Shown here piece by piece: positions 57,769 through 64,000 of a stretch of DNA of 64,000 nucleotides. The notes under the pieces are model-generated. The model had not been told where the DNA came from and made no database searches. It saw only the letters and a list, made by a program, of their open reading frames with translations. The position numbers were made by a program, and so were the translations under genes. Location: assembly GCA_019247495.1 (NCBI GenBank), contig JAFAOU010000104.1, positions 14,350 to 78,349 on the forward strand, written 5' to 3'. This stretch comes from Acidobacteriota bacterium (lineage in GTDB: Bacteria; Acidobacteriota; Thermoanaerobaculia; Gp7-AA8). The number at the start of each line of letters is the position of its first letter. Position 1 is the first letter of the stretch.

Positions 57769-58845
57769 TCACGGCGTCGTGATCTCGAGTTTCGACGCCG
57801 TCCTTGACCTGTACAAAATGTCCCAGACGGCGATGAACATCGCCGCGATGACCGGTCCGATCACCAGCCCGTTGATGCCGAACGTGGCAATGCCGCCGAC
57901 GGTGGAGACCAGCACGACATAGTCCGGCATCCGCGCCTCTTTGCCCACCAGGATCGGACGCATGACGTTGTCGATCAGGCCGATGACGAAGACTCCCCAT
58001 GCGATCAGGAGCAGTCCCTGCCACGTCGAGCCGGTCACGAGAAGGTAGATCGCGACCGGCAGCCAGACCACGGTCGCGCCGACCGCGGGGAGGAGCGAAA
58101 AGACGGCCATCACCGCCGCCCAAAGGATCGGAGCGCGAATGCCGAGGATCCAGAAGATCACTCCTCCCAACGCGCCCTGCATCATGGCCACGATGAGAGT
58201 GCCTTTCACCGTCGCACGGAGGACGGCGATGAATTCATCCGAGAGCTTGCTCAGGTGTTCGTCCCGGAGAGGGATGGCGGCCTTGATGCGGTCGGACAGC
58301 TCCTCGCCGTCGCGCAGGAGAAAAAACAGCAGATAGATCATGACCAGAAAGCCGGCCAGGAAATCGAGAGCGTTCTGGCCGATGGCGAAGGCCTGTGTTG
58401 CGAGAAAGCGGCTGCTGTTCGTCAGCGCGGCAGCCAGTCGATTCCGGATCAGCGCCAAATCCGTGAGGCCGAAGCGATCGAGAAGGCTGGTCATCCAGGC
58501 GGGCAACGCATCGAAGACGCGCTGAAAAAAGAGGCCGAAATCGAGTTGCCCCGTCTGTACGCGTTGATAGATCCCGGAAGCCTCGCGAACCAGCAGCGAC
58601 GAAAGGATCGCCAGCGGCAGGATCACCATCACCAGGATGATCAACAGAGTCGCCAGTGCCGCGAGCGTGGGCCGCTGCCACAGCCGGCGCAGCAACCGCC
58701 GGTACAGCGGCATGAACAGAATCGCCAGCGCCGTCGCCCAGAACACCGCGCCATAGAACGGCCAGATGATCCACGCAAACAGGACCGAGACTCCGATCAC
58801 CAGAGCCGTGAATACTTTCTCTTCGAGATTGGCCAATGCCCGCAA
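57769..58845 (-). CDS. AI-2E family transporter (PerM/YhhT-like)
   Basis: Eight predicted TM helices with the characteristic PF01594 pattern (…PILWAAVMAVFSLLP…GLIDNVMRPILVG…). Confidence 0.85.
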   Translation of the reverse strand: MRALANLEEKVFTALVIGVSVLFAWIIWPFYGAVFWATALAILFMPLYRRLLRRLWQRPTLAALATLLIILVMVILPLAILSSLLVREASGIYQRVQTGQLDFGLFFQRVFDALPAWMTSLLDRFGLTDLALIRNRLAAALTNSSRFLATQAFAIGQNALDFLAGFLVMIYLLFFLLRDGEELSDRIKAAIPLRDEHLSKLSDEFIAVLRATVKGTLIVAMMQGALGGVIFWILGIRAPILWAAVMAVFSLLPAVGATVVWLPVAIYLLVTGSTWQGLLLIAWGVFVIGLIDNVMRPILVGKEARMPDYVVLVSTVGGIATFGINGLVIGPVIAAMFIAVWDILYRSRTASKLEITTP

Positions 58846-58936
58846 TTATCTCCCCGAGGGGCGCCGGCGACCGTCACGCACAGGTGTGCTGTATGCCGCG
58901 GCACCCACCCCGCCGCGGACGCATCTTCTTCTCATC

Positions 58937-59407
58937 ATGATGAAGGTTCGCGATGCAATGACTCCCGACCCGGCTACATGCGATCCGACGACAACGCTGC
59001 GGCTGGTGGCCATGTTGATGCTCGATCAGGACTGCGCCGCCGTCCCGATCGTCAGCAGCGGCAACGTCGTCGGACTCGTCACCGACCGCGACATCGCCTG
59101 CCGCGCCGTAGCGCAGGGGTGGAATGCCGCCGAGCTTCCCGCGGCGGCGGTCATGTCGTGCCCGCTCGTGGCCATCAATCCCGACGAGACGTTCGACGAT
59201 GCCATCCAGGTGATGCGGGAAAACCGCGTCCACCATCTGCCGGTCGTCGACGACGACGGCCGCCTCGTCGGCATCATCGCGCAATCCGACCTCGGGCGGC
59301 GGATGACGAACCTCGAGCTCGGACAGCTCACGCGTGCGACGTCCATACGAGGAGCGCGCAAGTGGCCGTCTAAGCTCGTGCGCGCGGCCACGGCTCGAAC
59401 GGACTGA
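58937..59407 (+). CDS. CBS domain pair protein
   Basis: Two CBS motifs (VRDAMTPDPATC...AAVPIV...GLVTDRDI and VMSCPLVAINPDETFDDAIQVMRENRVHHLPVVDDDGRLVGIIAQSDL). Confidence 0.85.
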   Translation: MMKVRDAMTPDPATCDPTTTLRLVAMLMLDQDCAAVPIVSSGNVVGLVTDRDIACRAVAQGWNAAELPAAAVMSCPLVAINPDETFDDAIQVMRENRVHHLPVVDDDGRLVGIIAQSDLGRRMTNLELGQLTRATSIRGARKWPSKLVRAATARTD

Positions 59408-59418
59408 GGAGGTATCAG

Positions 59419-60411
59419 ATGAGATCAGCAGGTTCCCGATTTCTAACCACCGCCGCAACGCTCGCCACCGGCACAGCCGCGCTGGCCTACGTCGCGTATC
59501 GCAACGACATCGACGATGCGCGACGGCGAATCGAGACGGAAACGCAGAGCATCGGCTACGGAGACGGGTCGATCGAATTCGCGGAATCGGGAAACGGACC
59601 GGCTGTCCTTCTGATCCACGGCGCGGGCGGCGGATTCGATCAGGGGCTGGAGCTCGGACGCGCGTTCGTCGGCGACCGCTATCGCATCGTCGCGCCGTCG
59701 CGCTTCGGGTACCTCGGCACGCCGCTCCTCGCCGATTCCTCGCCCGAAGCACAGGCCGATGCGCACCTGCGGCTCCTCGACGCGCTGCAGCTCGACCGCG
59801 TTCCGGTGATCGGCGTTTCCGCCGGCGCGCCTTCGGCGATGCAACTTTGCCTGGCGCATCCCGAACGCTGCTCGGCGCTCGTGCTGGTCGTTCCGATGGC
59901 CTGGACGCCGCAGCGCGAAGCTGCCAGTGCGCCGTCGCCGTTCTTCGAGGCTGTCCTGAACGCGATCGCGGCGTCGGACGTTCTCTACTGGACCGCCACC
60001 AAGGTCGCCCGGATGACGCTCCTCAAAACGATCCTCGGCACTCCGGTCGAGAACTATCGCAACGCGACGGCGAACGAGCGCCGGGCCGTCGATCGGATGC
60101 TGCGCAGCATTCTCCCCATCAGCCGCCGCGCCGCGGGGATCTGGAATGACAGCGTCGTTTCGTCGAATCTGACGCGCTACCCGCTCGAAGACATTCGCGT
60201 TCCGACGCTGATCGTCAGCGCGGCGGATGATCTCTACGGCACCTACGAGAGCAGCTTCTACACCGCGGAGGAGATCGGCGGCGCCATGTTCGTCGGCTTC
60301 GCGACAGGCGGCCATCTATTGATCGGCCACCAGGAAGAAGTGCAGTCACAGATCCGGATGTTTCTGTTCGAAAGTGCTTTGAGCGAGCCGGGAACGGCGC
60401 AGGCGATTTGA
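59419..60411 (+). CDS. alpha/beta-fold hydrolase
   Basis: HGAGGG oxyanion region, nucleophile elbow GVSAGA, and C-terminal His (GGHLLIGH). Confidence 0.8.
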   Translation: MRSAGSRFLTTAATLATGTAALAYVAYRNDIDDARRRIETETQSIGYGDGSIEFAESGNGPAVLLIHGAGGGFDQGLELGRAFVGDRYRIVAPSRFGYLGTPLLADSSPEAQADAHLRLLDALQLDRVPVIGVSAGAPSAMQLCLAHPERCSALVLVVPMAWTPQREAASAPSPFFEAVLNAIAASDVLYWTATKVARMTLLKTILGTPVENYRNATANERRAVDRMLRSILPISRRAAGIWNDSVVSSNLTRYPLEDIRVPTLIVSAADDLYGTYESSFYTAEEIGGAMFVGFATGGHLLIGHQEEVQSQIRMFLFESALSEPGTAQAI

Positions 60412-60440
60412 GTCTCGCGCGTCGGCAGACCATCGCAGGT

Positions 60441-63400
60441 CTAGTTCGACTGGATCTCGCCGCAGCCGCGCATGGCGGCGTCGGCGTAGTACGGATTTGT
60501 GACCTCGCCTTGCGGCTGGAGCCACGAGTGCTTCGCCATGGAGCAGTAGACGATCTGCGGCTTCGGCTTCTCGCGGCTCGCGGTGCGGTACGCGATCATC
60601 GCGTCGGAGAGTTGCCCGAAGGCATGACGCGCTGTTTCCATGTCGGAGGCGCCGGCGACGTGTTTCGCGTCGCTCGCGACGCTCGGTTGATTCGATTCGT
60701 CGGCTGCCGCGGCAAGCTCGTTCGAACGTTTCTTCAATACCGCGGCATCGTTCGCGAGCAGTGCCTGCCGCACCGCCTCGTACTTCGGGAAGAGCGGCTC
60801 CGGCGTGGCGCGATGCGTGACGAACATCGCGACGGTCACGATCGCGGCGACAGCGATGCCGCTGCCGAACGCGAGACGGTGCCAGCGCCGCGGCACCATC
60901 GATTGCACCCGCTCCTCAGCGGGAAGCTCGCGCTGGCGCCATAGAAGATAGATCGCCGGGTACACCAGCAGCTCCATCAGGAACGACGTGAACAGACCGC
61001 CGATCATCGGCGTCGCGACGCGTCTCATCATGTCGGCGCCCGTGCCGGCCGACCACATGATCGGCACCAGGCCGAAGAACGCGCAGGCCACGGTCATCAC
61101 CTTCGGCCGCACGCGCTGTACGGCCCCATGAAGAATGGCCGCGTTCAGCTCCTCGCGATTGCGCAGCAGTCCTTTCGCCTTCGCCTCGCCATGCGAGAGA
61201 TCGAGATACAGCAGCATGAAGATCCCGGTCTCGGCGTCGAGGCCGAGCAAGGCGATGAGGCCGACCCACACGCCGATCGAGATGTTGTAGCCGAGCGCGT
61301 AGAGCAGCCACACCGCACCCACCGCGCTGAACGGCACGGCGAGAAGCACGATCGTCGTTTTCGTGAGCGACTTCGTGTTCATGTAGATGAGGCCGAACAC
61401 GATGAAGAGCGTGAGCGGCAGAACGACTTTCATCCGCTCGCGCACCCGCGCCATCGCTTCGTACTGGCCGCTCCACGCGAGCAGATAGCCGGGCTTCAGT
61501 TTCAGTTGCGCGGCGACCGCGCGTTTCGCATCTTCGACGTAGCTGCCGATGTCGCGCTTCGCCGTGTCGATGTCGACATACACGTAGCCGGAGAGCTTGC
61601 CGTTCTCGTCGCGGATCATCGACGGTCCTTCGGCGAGCTTCACGGTGGCGAGCTGGCCGAGTGGAATCTGCGCGCCGCTCATTGTCGGCACGAGCGTGCG
61701 CGCGAGCTTGTCCACGTCGTCGCGCAGCTCGCGCGGATAGCGGATGTTCACCGGATACCGCTCGCGCCCTTCGATCGTCGTGGTGACGTTTTCGCCGCCG
61801 ATCGCGGTCATGATCACGTCCTGCACGTCTTTGATCGTCAGGCCGTAGCGCGCGATCTGCTCGCGGTTGAGATCGAAGTCGACGAAGTAGCCGCCCGCCG
61901 TCCGCTCGCCGTACACGCTGCGTGTGCCGGGCACGCTTTGGAGGATGCCTTCCAGATGCTGCCCGATCTGCTCGATTTCCTTCAGATCGGAGCCGAATAT
62001 TTTCACGCCGACGGGCGTGCGCACGCCGGTCGTCAGCATGTCGATGCGGTTCTTGATCGGCATGGTCCACGCGTTGGTCTGCCCCGGAAGCGTGAGCTTC
62101 GCATTCATGTCGTTGACGAGTTCGTCCCACGAGATGCGATCGGGCCAGAGCGGGCGGAAGATCGGCTGCACGAAGCCGGGCCAGTTCGAATAGAAGCGCG
62201 CTTTCGGGCGCCACTGATCGGCAGGCTTGAGAACGACGACCGTCTCCATCATCGAGAAGGGCGCAGGATCGGTGGACGTGTCGGCCCTGCCGGCCTTACC
62301 GAACACGCGCTCGACTTCGGGAATGGTCTTGAGCAGTTGGTCCTGCCGCTGTAGCAGCGCGGTGGCTTCGGTCACGGAGATGCCCGGCAGCGTCGTCGGC
62401 ATGTAGAGAATCGCGCCTTCATTCAGCGGAGGCATGAACTCGTGGCCGAGCTTCTTGTATGCAGGGATCGTCGCGGCGACGATGAGAAGCGCAGTAGCGA
62501 TGACGGTGCGCGGATGCTTCAACACCCATCGTGCGGGCGGTCCGTAGAGTTTGAACAGCACGCGGGAGATCGGGTGCTTCTCCTCGGGATACATTCGTCC
62601 GACGAGCACCGCGTTCGTCACGCGCTCGGCGCCGCGCGCGAAGGTGCGGCCGATCGCGGCGAGCAAGCCGCTGGCGTAGCGAACGCGCGAGCCGTCCTCA
62701 CGCATCTCTCCCTGGCGGCGGCCGAAGCGGAACTCTTTCATGCGCGTGAACAGCAGCCGGATCGCCGGGTCGAGCGTCACGGCGAGAATCGCCGCGATGG
62801 CCATGGCGAAGTTCTTCGTAAACGCGAGCGGCCGGAACAGCCGCCCTTCCTGCGCCTCGAGCGCGAAGATCGGTATGAACGAGATCGCGATGACCATCAG
62901 CGAAAAGAAGCTCGGCCGCCCGACCTCCTGAATCGCGGTGATGAGCACTTCCTTGTAGTCGCCCTTCTTCCCCTCGGCTTCCCATACCTCCAACTTCTTA
63001 TGCGCGTTCTCAACGACGACCACGGACGCGTCGACGAGCGCGCCGATCGCGACGGCGATGCCGCCGAGCGACATGATGTTGGCGTTGATCCCGAAGAGCT
63101 TCATCGGGATGAACGACAGGATCACCGCCGCGGGAATGGTGATGATCGGAATGATCGAGCTCGGGATGTGCCAGAGGAAGATGAGGATCACCAGCGAGAC
63201 GATGATCATTTCGATGATCAGCTCGTGCTTGAGCGTATGAATCGAGTGCTCGATCAGCTCTGAGCGGTCGTATGTCGTGACGATCTGCACGCCCTCGGGC
63301 AGCGTCTTCTCGATGTCGGCGAGCTTCGCTTTGACCGCCTTGATGACGTTCAGCGCGTTCTCGCCGTGTCGCATGATCACGACGCCCGAGGCGACCTCGC

Positions 63401-64000
63401 CCTCTCCGTTCAGCTCCGCCACGCCGCGCCGCATTTCCGGGCCGAGCTGCACGTTCGCCACGTCGCGCAGGTACACCGGCGTCCCGCGGTCGTCCGTCCT
63501 GACGACGATCTGCTCCAGGTCGCCGATCTTCTTCACGTAGCCGCGCGCGCGGACCATGTACTCCGCGCCGCTCCACTCGACGAGCCGTCCGCCGACTTCG
63601 TTGTTCGATGAGCGCACCGCCTCCATCACCTGCATGAGCGGCACGCGATACGCGGCGAGCTTGTTCGGATCGACGGTGATCTGGTACTGGCGCACGAAGC
63701 CGCCGAGCGACGCCACTTCCGCAACGCCCGGCACGGACTGCAACTCGTAGCGGATATGCCAGTCCTGCAGCGACCGTAGATCAGCGAGCGAGTGTTTGCC
63801 GCTCTTGTCGACGAGCGCGTACTGGAAGACCCATCCGACGCCAGTCGCATCAGGACCGAGCTGCGTCTTCACGCCGGACGGCAACTGCGACTGCACTTTC
63901 GACAGGTACTCCAGCACGCGGCTGCGCGCCCAATACATGTCCGTTCCCTCGTCGAAGATGACGTAGACGTAGGAGTAGCCGAAGTCCGAGAAGCCGCGGA
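60441..64000 (-). CDS. CusA/CzcA-type heavy-metal efflux RND transporter with ~150-aa C-terminal extension; 5' end beyond window
   Basis: HME-RND TM segments and periplasmic loops (…LGGIAVAIGALVDASVVVVEN…); ORF runs off the right edge. C-terminal tail after the last TM (…YCSMAKHSWLQPQGEVTNPYYADAAMRGCGEIQSN) is not part of the canonical pump. Confidence 0.9.
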   Translation of the reverse strand, partial: RGFSDFGYSYVYVIFDEGTDMYWARSRVLEYLSKVQSQLPSGVKTQLGPDATGVGWVFQYALVDKSGKHSLADLRSLQDWHIRYELQSVPGVAEVASLGGFVRQYQITVDPNKLAAYRVPLMQVMEAVRSSNNEVGGRLVEWSGAEYMVRARGYVKKIGDLEQIVVRTDDRGTPVYLRDVANVQLGPEMRRGVAELNGEGEVASGVVIMRHGENALNVIKAVKAKLADIEKTLPEGVQIVTTYDRSELIEHSIHTLKHELIIEMIIVSLVILIFLWHIPSSIIPIITIPAAVILSFIPMKLFGINANIMSLGGIAVAIGALVDASVVVVENAHKKLEVWEAEGKKGDYKEVLITAIQEVGRPSFFSLMVIAISFIPIFALEAQEGRLFRPLAFTKNFAMAIAAILAVTLDPAIRLLFTRMKEFRFGRRQGEMREDGSRVRYASGLLAAIGRTFARGAERVTNAVLVGRMYPEEKHPISRVLFKLYGPPARWVLKHPRTVIATALLIVAATIPAYKKLGHEFMPPLNEGAILYMPTTLPGISVTEATALLQRQDQLLKTIPEVERVFGKAGRADTSTDPAPFSMMETVVVLKPADQWRPKARFYSNWPGFVQPIFRPLWPDRISWDELVNDMNAKLTLPGQTNAWTMPIKNRIDMLTTGVRTPVGVKIFGSDLKEIEQIGQHLEGILQSVPGTRSVYGERTAGGYFVDFDLNREQIARYGLTIKDVQDVIMTAIGGENVTTTIEGRERYPVNIRYPRELRDDVDKLARTLVPTMSGAQIPLGQLATVKLAEGPSMIRDENGKLSGYVYVDIDTAKRDIGSYVEDAKRAVAAQLKLKPGYLLAWSGQYEAMARVRERMKVVLPLTLFIVFGLIYMNTKSLTKTTIVLLAVPFSAVGAVWLLYALGYNISIGVWVGLIALLGLDAETGIFMLLYLDLSHGEAKAKGLLRNREELNAAILHGAVQRVRPKVMTVACAFFGLVPIMWSAGTGADMMRRVATPMIGGLFTSFLMELLVYPAIYLLWRQRELPAEERVQSMVPRRWHRLAFGSGIAVAAIVTVAMFVTHRATPEPLFPKYEAVRQALLANDAAVLKKRSNELAAAADESNQPSVASDAKHVAGASDMETARHAFGQLSDAMIAYRTASREKPKPQIVYCSMAKHSWLQPQGEVTNPYYADAAMRGCGEIQSN

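Overview
High-GC (~65-68%) bacterial chromosomal window with dense coding, Gram-negative and possibly Acidobacteriota-like (inference only). From left to right it contains: a partial VapB-type antitoxin, Fpg/Nei glycosylase, M23 and M3 peptidases, an RRM protein and ApaG. Next comes rpmB and a complete type IV pilus assembly operon pilMNOPQ, followed by two lipoproteins, a TPR protein and a Roadblock/LC7 protein. Then accB-accC, aroK, a metallophosphoesterase, a methyltransferase and a GT4 glycosyltransferase. A secreted protein built from ~8 tandem ~65-aa repeats follows, then a histidine kinase, an OmpR-type regulator, a VIT/vWA sortase-target protein and a class GN sortase (the known 'marine proteobacterial sortase' four-gene arrangement). 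A tRNA-Glu(CUC) comes next, and an exact 47-bp copy of its 3' end lies 2.6 kb downstream. That repeat pair brackets an integrase-less islet carrying a Tat-signal tyrosinase interrupted by one in-frame TAG and a LecB/PA-IIL-like lectin. After the islet lie a GAF-PAS hybrid histidine kinase, an operon of a secreted Cys-rich 621-aa protein plus a cytoplasmic trypsin-like protease, a divergent membrane Ig-like protein, an XRE regulator, a 15-copy 21-bp tandem array, and orphan genes. The right third is a stress-type neighbourhood: Hsp20, a ScdA-like protein, PfkB kinase, two tandem-Usp proteins, rhodanese, PtsN-like EIIA, a NitT/TauT-type ABC pair, an L,D-transpeptidase, ferredoxin, DUF2892, a histidine kinase, an AI-2E transporter, a CBS protein, an alpha/beta hydrolase and a partial CusA/CzcA-type RND pump with a C-terminal extension. 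Non-coding highlights are a ~128-bp dispersed repeat element with terminal inverted repeats present in two copies (24.3 kb and 55.6 kb), a nested perfect inverted-repeat element that exactly fills the accC-aroK spacer, a 37-bp inverted-repeat element, and an attenuator-like leader upstream of ptsN. Many long ORFs in the track are antisense GC-frame artefacts and are not reported as genes.
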